From an uncultured Bacteroidales bacterium (GTDB lineage: Bacteria > Bacteroidota > Bacteroidia > Bacteroidales > UBA932), in NCBI GenBank assembly GCA_946410455.1, contig CAMKAJ010000001.1, positions 54,336 to 118,335 of the forward strand: a stretch of DNA of 64,000 nucleotides, given 5' to 3'. Of the stretch, positions 1 through 7,685 are shown in pieces. A program made the position numbers and the translations under genes. Position 1 is the first letter of the stretch. The number at the start of each line of letters is the position of its first letter. The notes beneath the pieces were generated by a model that did no database searches, was not told the DNA's origin, and was given only the letters and a program-made list of their open reading frames with translations.

Positions 1-1017
1 GGGCAAGAATTCGTTGCCGGGAAGCACCACCGCCAGAATAAGCGTAACGGGGATGAGCAGCAGGCTGACTACCAGTGTGGTAGGATGGCCGATGACCAGC
101 GCCGGGCTCATGCCGATGTTGATGCCTGCGGAATTCTTGAACTTCTTGCTAACCAGCTCTTTAGTAGCCTCGGCAATGGGCTTGAGGCCCTCGATGAACA
201 GGGCGGTGATACGGGGGATAAGCTCCATCACGGCTCCCATCTTGATGCCAAGGCCGAGTATGGAAGGAATCTTGCTGACCAGCTCCGCCCAGCTGTGGCA
301 TGCCAGGCAGCCGATGATAATGCCCACCAGTACGCCCAGGAACAGCGGCTCGCCCAGGATGCCGAATTTCTTCTTCATTCCTTCTGCGTCGATGTCAAGC
401 TTGTACATACCGGGAATCTTGTCCATGCACCAATTGAGGCCTTCTGCAAAGGGCACGAAGCTCTGGCAGAAGGGCTGTGGAATGGAAATGCCCTCCAGGT
501 CTTTATAGTAGCTCTGGAACTTCTTGGTGGTAAGGTCTGCCATGAACAGGGTGATAATGAAGCAGATAACTGCAGCGAAGAAGCCCCACCAGATGTTCTC
601 TGTAGCAAAGAATACCACGGCGCCGATGAATGCGTAGTGCCAGTAGTTCCAAAGGTCTATGTTGATGGTGTTGGTAGCCTTGACCAGAAGCAGCAGGATG
701 TTGATTCCCAGGCACACCGGGATGATGAATGCACCCACGGTGGTGTTGTATGCCACGCTCGCTGCGGCGGGCCATCCCATGTCGAAGATGCCAAGCTGCA
801 GGTTGTAAATCTCCGTTACGTCTTTGAGCGGACCGCCCAGAGACGATGTGAGCAGCGCTGTGACTACGCTCAGTCCCACGAATCCTACGCCCACCAGCAG
901 GCCGCTCTTGAGGGCCTTGCCAAACTTGATGCCTATGCACAATCCGAGAATCGTGAAGAGTATCGGCATCATTACTGCGGCACCAAGGCCGATGATATAG
1001 CTGAATACGGCTTCCAT
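1..1017 (-). CDS. PTS galactitol-type EIIC (GatC-like) membrane transporter, truncated by the window edge
   Basis: Manual translation from the ATG at 1017 is open to base 1: MEAVFSYIIGLGAAVMMPILFTILGLCIGIKFGKALKSGLLVGVGFVG...DMGWPAAASVAY...NIDLWNYWH...PGNEFLP. Contains GatC-type motifs (DxGWP, N(I/V)D(I/L)WNxW). ATG overlaps the kduD stop (TAATG). Absent from the ORF track because no stop lies in the window. Confidence 0.85.
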   Translation of the reverse strand, partial: MEAVFSYIIGLGAAVMMPILFTILGLCIGIKFGKALKSGLLVGVGFVGLSVVTALLTSSLGGPLKDVTEIYNLQLGIFDMGWPAAASVAYNTTVGAFIIPVCLGINILLLLVKATNTINIDLWNYWHYAFIGAVVFFATENIWWGFFAAVICFIITLFMADLTTKKFQSYYKDLEGISIPQPFCQSFVPFAEGLNWCMDKIPGMYKLDIDAEGMKKKFGILGEPLFLGVLVGIIIGCLACHSWAELVSKIPSILGLGIKMGAVMELIPRITALFIEGLKPIAEATKELVSKKFKNSAGINIGMSPALVIGHPTTLVVSLLLIPVTLILAVVLPGNEFLP

Positions 1018-1820
1018 TACTTGGGTTGTTTACCGATGTACGCAAGGATACCGCCGTCCACGTAGAGAATATGGCCGTTCACGGCGTCAGAAGCCTTGGA
1101 GGCAAGGAACACGGCGGGGCCGGCAAGCTCATCCGGCTCAAGCCAGCGGCCGGCGGGGGTCTTTGCGCAGATGAAGCTGTCGAAGGGATGCCTGCTGCCG
1201 TCGGGCTGGAGCTCGCGGAGCGGAGCCGTTTGCGGAGTTGCAATGTAGCCGGGGCCGATGGCGTTGCACTGGATATTGTACTCTCCGTACTCGGAGCAAA
1301 TGTTACGGGTGAGCATCTTGAGACCTCCCTTTGCTGCAGCGTATGCGCTCACGGTCTCGCGTCCGAGCTCGCTCATCATAGAGCAGATATTGATGATCTT
1401 GCCCTCACGACGCTCCATCATCTCGGGCACCACGGCAGCGGCGCAGATGTACGGAGCGACAAGGTCTACGTCGATAACCCTCTGGAACTCCTCACGCTTC
1501 ATTTCGTGCATGGGGATGCGCTTAATAATGCCGGCGTTGTTTACCAGGATGTGAATAGGGCCAATCTCTTTATGGATGCGCTTTACCAGCTCCGCCACTG
1601 CCTTCTCGTCCGTAACGTCGCACACGTAGCCGTGCACGTTTGTAATGCCGGCCTCCTTGTAGGCCTCAAGGCCCTTGAGCATAGAAGCCTCGTTGGAAGT
1701 ATTGAAGATAACATTGTCTATGCCTGCCTCTACGAAGGCTTTTGCAATTGCGAAGCCAATTCCGTAGGCGGCTCCTGTAACCCAGGCATTCTTGCCCTTG
1801 AGGGAGAAAATATTTGCCAT
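1017..1820 (-). CDS. kduD: 2-dehydro-3-deoxy-D-gluconate 5-dehydrogenase / gluconate 5-dehydrogenase (SDR family)
   Basis: TGAAYGIG Rossmann motif, NNAG, YAAAK catalytic motif, NAIGPGY, VDGG end; next to a pectin locus. Confidence 0.85.
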   Translation of the reverse strand: MANIFSLKGKNAWVTGAAYGIGFAIAKAFVEAGIDNVIFNTSNEASMLKGLEAYKEAGITNVHGYVCDVTDEKAVAELVKRIHKEIGPIHILVNNAGIIKRIPMHEMKREEFQRVIDVDLVAPYICAAAVVPEMMERREGKIINICSMMSELGRETVSAYAAAKGGLKMLTRNICSEYGEYNIQCNAIGPGYIATPQTAPLRELQPDGSRHPFDSFICAKTPAGRWLEPDELAGPAVFLASKASDAVNGHILYVDGGILAYIGKQPK

Positions 1821-1849
1821 ATAGTGTTAAATGATTTGTATGTCTGGCA

Positions 1850-1869
1850 CAAATATACAAACGTTTGCA
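1850..1869 (-). promoter_or_regulatory. Bacteroidetes -7 promoter element with an abutting LacI-type palindromic operator
   Basis: Minus-strand TATATTTG at 1850-1857, 30 bp upstream of kduD; near-perfect palindrome TACAAACGTTTGCA at 1856-1869. Confidence 0.65.
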
Positions 1870-1931
1870 CAATTATGCAAATACTTCCACGTCGCGGTTA
1901 CAGCCAGGAATTTGCTACGAGGTACATCTCA

Positions 1932-2004
1932 CGCCGCCTCAACTACCCGTTCGAAGCGCTCGTTCATCCCTTCCGGCCTACCCGCAAATGTACAACTTTC
2001 CCGG
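1932..2004 (-). pseudogene. 73-bp paralogous fragment of the adjacent Rpn gene
   Basis: Matches 2342-2414 with 4 mismatches; reads RESCTFAGRPEGMNERFERVVEAA* versus RESCTFAGKPEGMNERFDRVVEAAR. Confidence 0.8.
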
Positions 2005-2149
2005 CATCAAAAAGATACCGGTTGCAATGTCATTATGTCAGGTGAACATACTTCATCGCATGCTGACAGTGGGACGGCTTGGGCAATACCATCGCCTAGA
2101 CTTCCGATGACGGGACTGACAGACATTATTCAGTCTTTTCGAGTCAGAC

Positions 2150-3046
2150 TTAAAGTTGTGAAATAATGTCTTCAGATACACCCGCCGATTTGAGTATATC
2201 TGTAATACGCTGCTTTTCTAATGCGGCGCCTTCAATCTTGCCTTCGGCATAACGGTCATCACCGTACTCGAGTCTTTCTTTATCTGAAATCATAGATTTG
2301 AAGTAGTCCATCTTTTCGCTTTCCGGAACCGTTTTCATTCGCGCCGCCTCAACCACCCGGTCGAAGCGCTCGTTCATCCCTTCCGGCTTTCCCGCAAATG
2401 TACAACTTTCCCGGATAATATGCATCCATCCCTCTACAAAATTCATCTCAGACATTGCGACTTTCTGTAGTCTCGGTAGCTCACAGAGGTAAATCGAGAG
2501 CCAGTCGCCGTATACTTCGTGATTCTCCAGCTCCATCATCTGATATTTATAAAGGAGTTGGTTCTTTGAGTGCTTCAGCTTGAAGTCCATGAAACACAGT
2601 ACGTATACCGGCTTAAGCTTGCCGTAGTTGCGCCCTCGCTTTAGCTGACTCCGGACCATGGCGGCGCCGTAGTAAAACATCCTTGCCTTGAAGTCGGTTT
2701 TCTTGAAGCGCTGCATCTCGATAACTATCTCACGATCGTCTTCCGTTCGTGCAACTATATCCATCAACACGGTCTTCTCCGTGCTGTTCAGCCGCTTGGG
2801 TTCGTTGGAAACTGAGACGATGGATGTAATGTTCTCAGGAAGGAAATCGTTCAGGAGGAGCAGCAGGAGTTCCGGGTCAGAGAGAACGTATTTAAACGCC
2901 CAATCACAGCGTAGGTCCAGGAACTCTGTAGAGAGAACTTCTTCTACAATTTGTTCTTTGCGTTCTTCGGGGAGATTTCTGAATTGTTTGATTTTGTTGC
3001 CTTCTGCGATATACTGTCGCATCTTGGCTTCGGATAAGTTTTTCAT
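2150..3046 (-). CDS. Rpn family recombination-promoting nuclease / PD-(D/E)XK putative transposase
   Basis: DLRCDWAFKYV, MDIVARTEDDREIVIEMQ, KPVYVLCFMDF, YLCELPR, EG-rich C-terminus; start set at ATG 3046 (MKNLS). Confidence 0.85.
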   Translation of the reverse strand: MKNLSEAKMRQYIAEGNKIKQFRNLPEERKEQIVEEVLSTEFLDLRCDWAFKYVLSDPELLLLLLNDFLPENITSIVSVSNEPKRLNSTEKTVLMDIVARTEDDREIVIEMQRFKKTDFKARMFYYGAAMVRSQLKRGRNYGKLKPVYVLCFMDFKLKHSKNQLLYKYQMMELENHEVYGDWLSIYLCELPRLQKVAMSEMNFVEGWMHIIRESCTFAGKPEGMNERFDRVVEAARMKTVPESEKMDYFKSMISDKERLEYGDDRYAEGKIEGAALEKQRITDILKSAGVSEDIISQL

Positions 3047-3126
3047 AATTGAAGCAGATTGTTGTTTCTGCTGCAAGTATAGTATAAATCTGGCGATCGC
3101 GAGCGCCCTGAGGGGCGGCGGAATGC

Positions 3127-3165
3127 AGATATTTACGATTCTTTGCAAGATATTTACAATTCTTT
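3127..3165. promoter_or_regulatory. 18-bp direct repeat with 21-bp period upstream of the Rpn gene
   Basis: AGATATTTACGATTCTTT (3127-3144) and AGATATTTACAATTCTTT (3148-3165). Confidence 0.45.
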
Positions 3166-3313
3166 CGATTATTTATGATTCTGTTAAACGGATAGTGTCT
3201 TCCGTGTGTGAATACGCGCATCCTTGCGCCCGGCGTCCTGATAAAAGGGCCGCCAGCCGCAGTCTTTTCAGAGATAGTCCCAGTAGCTGAAGTCTTTTTC
3301 CGGGGACTTAGGA

Positions 3314-3500
3314 CACGAAATACACCAGGACCATCTCCCATTGATTTCGTGGCAGGAAATACGTCGATTTCCTCAGAAATACCGCCACGAGATATACCAG
3401 GGCCTTCTCTCATGGATTTCGTGGCGGGAAAAACGTCAATTCCCTCAGAAAAACTGCCACGAGATACACCAGGACCTTCTCTCATGGTTTTCGTGGCGGG
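3314..3500. repeat. 72-bp tandem repeat (~2.6 units), each unit a hairpin
   Basis: CACGA starts at 3314, 3386 and 3458; arms GCCACGAGAT / ATTTCGTGGC. Confidence 0.9.
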
Positions 3501-3584
3501 ATCCTACTTCACTATACTCCCCGCAGCTAGGACGGGAGAAAACTACCGCGCTGGATTGTGGTTCCGGGATCAAATACCACCCCC

Positions 3585-3750
3585 GGTGACCCCGAAATGC
3601 TATTTTTGATTGGTTTTGGGATCAATGAAGGGGTCTGGTGATCCCGAAAGATGGTTTTTGATGGGTTTGGGGATCAATGAAGGGGTCTGGTGATCCCGGA
3701 TGGTGCTATTTGATGGGTTTCGGGATTATGGGTGGGGGCCGGTGATCCCG
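3585..3750. repeat. 52-bp tandem repeat, family A (GGGATCA...TGATCCC hairpin)
   Basis: GGTGA(T/C)CCCG starts at 3585, 3637, 3689 and 3740. Confidence 0.9.
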
Positions 3751-4046
3751 AATTCTTGTTTTTGATCTGTTTTTGAGGCGGCTGTGTGTAAAAAAACTAC
3801 AGTCTTACATGCGGGATAGCTTGGCGGCACCGCCGCCGCGCGGGAGGCAGGCGAGGCGGCTTCAAGCACGCCGGCTGCGGCGAGCAACACCCGCCAGGCG
3901 GGCTCTCCTCGCCGGCGGCTTGCTGCCGGGGATTCTGCCGAGGACAGATGTTGCCGCTTTTGATATCTGCAGGAGTTCCGACTTGGCGGCCGGCGGCCTG
4001 ATAAAAAGGCCGCCAGCCGCGACCTTCCTCCCAAACAATCCTAAAA

Positions 4047-4190
4047 CCGTTCTTACCCCCTCAGCAGATTGGGACGGCTGGAGCGGAAATGGCCGGTTTC
4101 CGTTCTTACCCCCGCAGCCAACTGGGACGCCGGGAACGGAAATGGCCGAAACCGTTCTTACCCCCGCAACAACAGGGGACAGCAGGAGCG
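4047..4190. repeat. 52/53-bp tandem repeat, family B (CCGTTCYTACCCCC...GGGAC)
   Basis: CCGTTCTTACCCCC starts at 4047, 4100 and 4152. Confidence 0.9.
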
Positions 4191-4347
4191 CATAGTATGG
4201 ATGGCCAACGAGCAGGCAATCATGAGCCCCGAGTGGAGCATCCACGCCGCCGCCGGCACCTCCAATTACATGTTCATCTGGGGCATGGCAGGAGAGAACC
4301 TGGACTACGGCGACATGGACAAAATCGCCTACACGGAGATGAGGTAG
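4177..4347 (+). pseudogene. kduI: 3' remnant (~56 codons) of 5-keto-4-deoxyuronate isomerase
   Basis: [48 protein letters not shown] matches the KduI C-terminus (NEQAxxSPxWSIH...FIWGMxGEN); upstream is repeat DNA with no 5' part of the gene. Confidence 0.85.
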
Positions 4348-4368
4348 GGGGCGCGGCGAGCGGCCCTC

Positions 4369-6129
4369 CTACCACCCCAGCACGGAGGCTTTGGAGGAGT
4401 AGGCCTCGGCCTCGGTGGCGGTGAGCTGTTTGCCGAGCCTGTTGCGGCTGCCCATTACGGATTTGCCGCTGGCATCTACGCTTCCGTACTCTTTCCAGCC
4501 CGATTCTGCCGTGGGGCCTGTAGGGTTGGGAGAAGGGTTGCTGTACCAGCCTGCAGGTGCAATTGCGGGCGCCATAGTGCAGCCAACATAAGTCACATTA
4601 TCGAAGACCTCTGCCTGTCCGGCGCTGCGGGCAAGGTACATGCTGCCGTCTTTAACTCCTTCTTCTGCGGTGAGCGAGCAGTTCAGGAACACAAATCCTT
4701 TGGCTCCGGCCGAGGGGACGCGGGCTTGTACTATGTATCCGCCGGCGCGGGCGCGAATCTCGCAGTTCTCCAGAAGGCAAGCTGTAGGATATCCCCAGAT
4801 AAAGTCTACATGTCCGGCAATCAGGGAGTTATGCACCCATACCGAGCCCTTGCAAAGGAAGGTGTCTTGCCATGAGATAAGCGAGCAGCGTTCCAGTGTA
4901 AGCTTGTAGTTGGAGTTGAAGTAGATGGTCTCTGCCTGTCCCTTATGAGAGGGGATAGAATAGGTGTTTTCTATCGTAATGTTCTCCAGCACCAGATTGT
5001 CGCAACCTTCGACCAAGAAGACGCAGCGCCCGCCAGACTTACCTATGGCCTTGCCGAGCGTAGGGCGCGAAGACAGAGATGCTCCTGAGCCGGTCTCGTA
5101 GCTGTCGTTGTTGGGATAGGCGATGCGCGTCTTCTCGCGGGATACTCCCTTGATTGTTACGTTGTTGCGATTTCTCATGAAGAGCAGTTCGGGGAAGGTT
5201 CCCTCGCCTACCGATATGGTTACGGGGCTGTCTTTCTGAAGGGTAGAAATGTAGCTGATGGCTCCCTGCACCGTGCAGAAGTCGCCGCTGCCGTCGGCTA
5301 GTATGCTGTATTCCGGACCAGAGGGGGCGGATTTTGTGCTGAATGTGAGCTCCCCGGCTGCTATTGCCTTGCCTGCCACACTTTCGTCGAGCGTTACATA
5401 GTATTTCTGGGAGAAGTCGAGCGCCTCGTTGTGCAGCTTGATTTCCAGCGACTTACCCTTTACTCGTACCGGAGTATAATGCACGGGGCGGTACTGGTTG
5501 CTGTGGAGGGCGTCCATGAAGGTATGATAGAGGTAGTCATTCCCTATGGCAATCTTGCCGGCGTCGGCGTCTGCTCCTGCGGGTACGAGGGTGCCGTCCT
5601 CGAGGGCGGTCATCTGCGACATATCTGCCATGTCTATGCGGTCTACTTCTTTTCCGCTCTCTGTAAACACCTTTATAAGTCCGCTGGTGCCCAGCACGGG
5701 GGCGGAGTCGAAGCTAATCACGATTGGAGCATCTATGCATACGGCATCGGCGCCGTCGGGACCTACAGGTCCGGGAGCCGTTCCCAGGGTGCGGCCCTCA
5801 ATGGTGGCGCTATAAGCAGAAGTCTTTCCTGATCCTTCTGCACATACGCAAAAGCTATATGTAGTGCCCTTCTGGAGATTCTCTATCAGCACAAAACGTT
5901 TAGTCTCGGCTCCTTCCCGTACAGAATTATCTTCTCCCTGCAGTTTCCACAAATAGCGAGTCGCTCCCTCTACTGGAGCCCACTGAAACGTCAGCGAGGT
6001 CTCAGTAGCGTTGTGAAGAACTACGTTCTGGGGGATGTCGATATCTTTCTCTTCCGGATTTACCGGTTTCTCCTGACATCCATAAAGGGCCGCAATGAGA
6101 GCGGCAGCAAAAATCAAAAACTTCTTCAT
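4369..6129 (-). CDS. Lipoprotein pectin methylesterase (CE8) with N-terminal FN3 domain
   Basis: Signal ending LYGC; FN3-like segment; DGSGDFCTVQGAI, QAE, QDT, GHVDFIWG motifs; start at ATG 6129. Confidence 0.8.
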   Translation of the reverse strand: MKKFLIFAAALIAALYGCQEKPVNPEEKDIDIPQNVVLHNATETSLTFQWAPVEGATRYLWKLQGEDNSVREGAETKRFVLIENLQKGTTYSFCVCAEGSGKTSAYSATIEGRTLGTAPGPVGPDGADAVCIDAPIVISFDSAPVLGTSGLIKVFTESGKEVDRIDMADMSQMTALEDGTLVPAGADADAGKIAIGNDYLYHTFMDALHSNQYRPVHYTPVRVKGKSLEIKLHNEALDFSQKYYVTLDESVAGKAIAAGELTFSTKSAPSGPEYSILADGSGDFCTVQGAISYISTLQKDSPVTISVGEGTFPELLFMRNRNNVTIKGVSREKTRIAYPNNDSYETGSGASLSSRPTLGKAIGKSGGRCVFLVEGCDNLVLENITIENTYSIPSHKGQAETIYFNSNYKLTLERCSLISWQDTFLCKGSVWVHNSLIAGHVDFIWGYPTACLLENCEIRARAGGYIVQARVPSAGAKGFVFLNCSLTAEEGVKDGSMYLARSAGQAEVFDNVTYVGCTMAPAIAPAGWYSNPSPNPTGPTAESGWKEYGSVDASGKSVMGSRNRLGKQLTATEAEAYSSKASVLGW

Positions 6130-6141
6130 ACTTTTGTGACT

Positions 6142-6229
6142 GTTGCCGGAGGTACAAGCGGATGGACCTCCGGGCGCAAAAATGGCCCAAAATGCTGCCG
6201 GAGGTACATTCGCGTGTACCTCCGGCAAC
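6142..6229. repeat. Double-hairpin REP/BIME-like intergenic element
   Basis: Outer perfect inverted repeat GTTGCCGGAGGTACA (6142-6156) / TGTACCTCCGGCAAC (6215-6229) enclosing two CCGGAGGT...ACCTCCGG hairpins. Confidence 0.8.
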
Positions 6230-6235
6230 GGTAAA

Positions 6236-7684
6236 CTAAATCTCTACCGGCTTGTACTTAGGCACAAGGGACTTCATGATGATCCAGGCAAGGAGGTAAG
6301 CCAGGCCGCAGAAGCAGAACATGATAAAGTAGCCTGCGGGCTTGCCCTCGAAGCCGAGGAAGTGGAATGCGGCGCCTTGACCTTCTGCGTAGGTAAACAG
6401 GTTACCTGCCACCTTCTGGATAATCATTGAGCCTATACCTCCGGCCATTGCTCCGATTCCAGTAATAGAAGCGATGGTGCTCTTGGGGAACATGTCACCT
6501 ACCGTGGAGAAGATGTTGGCGCTCCAGGCTTGATGTCCAGCACCGGCAAGACCGATGAGTATGGCCGGCCACCAGGGGCTGTAGGCTCCCAGAGGCTGGG
6601 CGGCAAGGGCCACCAGCGGGAAGAAGGCAAAGAGCAGCATGGCCAGCATACGTCCGCTGTAAGGATGCATGCCCTTCTTCTCTACAAAGAGCTTGGGCAA
6701 ATATCCTCCGAAGAGCGAAATCACCGTTACAATAGCGTAGAGCGTGAAAATCAGGCCCTGCCCCAGAGGTGAAGACGCAGGAGCGTTGAACTGGTCCTGG
6801 AAGTAGGCGGGAGCCCAGAACAGGAAGAACCACCACACGCCGTCGGTGAGGAATTTGCCGAAGATGAAGCTCCAGGTCTGCTTGTAGCGGAAGCACTGGA
6901 TGAAGGGGATGGATTTCTCCTCCACCGCCGCATTTTTTACTGTGGCTTCCGCCTCCTCATCCTGCCTGATATACGCCAGCTCCGCTTCGTTCACCCTCTT
7001 GCTCTTCTCTGGCTTGTCGTACATAAACTGCCAGAAGAACATCCAGATGAATCCCAGGCCACCGATGATAATGAAAGCCATCTCCCAGCCGAGGTTTTTG
7101 GCCAGCGGCGGGATGAGCAGGGGAGCGGCCAGGGCGCCTACGGAAGCCCCTGCATTGAAGATTGAGGTGGCGAAGGCACGGTCTTTCTTGGGGAAGTATT
7201 CCGCAGTGGTCTTGATGGCGGCGGGGAAGTTGCCGCTCTCGCCGAGAGCCAGGATGCCCCGGCACAGCAAGAACAGGTACACGCTAACCGTGGATATGGT
7301 CAGGGCAACGTTGGAACCGGCCTCCACCGCCCTCAGTGCATCTACGGAATCTACTCCGTCAACAAACCAGGTGGTGGCGATGCCACAGGCTGCGTGCATC
7401 ACGGCGCCGAGCGACCACACTCCAATGGCAATGAGGTAGCCCTTCTTGGTGCCCATCCAGTCTACGAACTTACCGGCAAAGAGGCAGGCGATGGCGTAGA
7501 AGATAGAGAACAGGGAGGTGATGGTGCCGTAGTCGGCATCGGTCCAGTGGAATTCGGGGGCGATGAACTCCTTGTAGGTCAAGGACAGTACCTGACGGTC
7601 GAGGTAGTTCACAGTGGTGGCTACGAACAGCAGGCTGCATATCCACCAGCGCCAGTTGGTCATTAATTTCTTTGTCGTACTCAT
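6236..7684 (-). CDS. exuT: MFS hexuronate transporter
   Basis: RWWICSLLFVATTVNYLDRQVLS, GESGNFPAAIK, WFFLFWAP; follows uxaB. Confidence 0.85.
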   Translation of the reverse strand: MSTTKKLMTNWRWWICSLLFVATTVNYLDRQVLSLTYKEFIAPEFHWTDADYGTITSLFSIFYAIACLFAGKFVDWMGTKKGYLIAIGVWSLGAVMHAACGIATTWFVDGVDSVDALRAVEAGSNVALTISTVSVYLFLLCRGILALGESGNFPAAIKTTAEYFPKKDRAFATSIFNAGASVGALAAPLLIPPLAKNLGWEMAFIIIGGLGFIWMFFWQFMYDKPEKSKRVNEAELAYIRQDEEAEATVKNAAVEEKSIPFIQCFRYKQTWSFIFGKFLTDGVWWFFLFWAPAYFQDQFNAPASSPLGQGLIFTLYAIVTVISLFGGYLPKLFVEKKGMHPYSGRMLAMLLFAFFPLVALAAQPLGAYSPWWPAILIGLAGAGHQAWSANIFSTVGDMFPKSTIASITGIGAMAGGIGSMIIQKVAGNLFTYAEGQGAAFHFLGFEGKPAGYFIMFCFCGLAYLLAWIIMKSLVPKYKPVEI

Positions 7685-7685
7685 A

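Noticed and set aside
14-2045. Long plus-strand ORFs (14-508, 85-1065, 1026-2045) and similar antisense ORFs across the window (e.g. 7614-9116, 18752-20050, 23679-24905, 52957-54603)
   Set aside because: Shadow frames of GC-rich minus-strand genes that carry clear family motifs.
1932-2414. DGR template/variable repeat pair
   Set aside because: Mismatches are not confined to adenines of either copy, and no reverse transcriptase gene is present.
2904-3609. ORFs of 82-193 aa with 24-aa repeats
   Set aside because: Artefacts of the 72-bp tandem repeat being open in several frames; no protein-like features.
3585-3750. CRISPR array (31-nt palindromic repeat with 21-nt spacers)
   Set aside because: Spacers at this locus resemble each other (T-rich ...TTTGATGGGTT), only 3-4 units, spacers short, no cas genes in the window.
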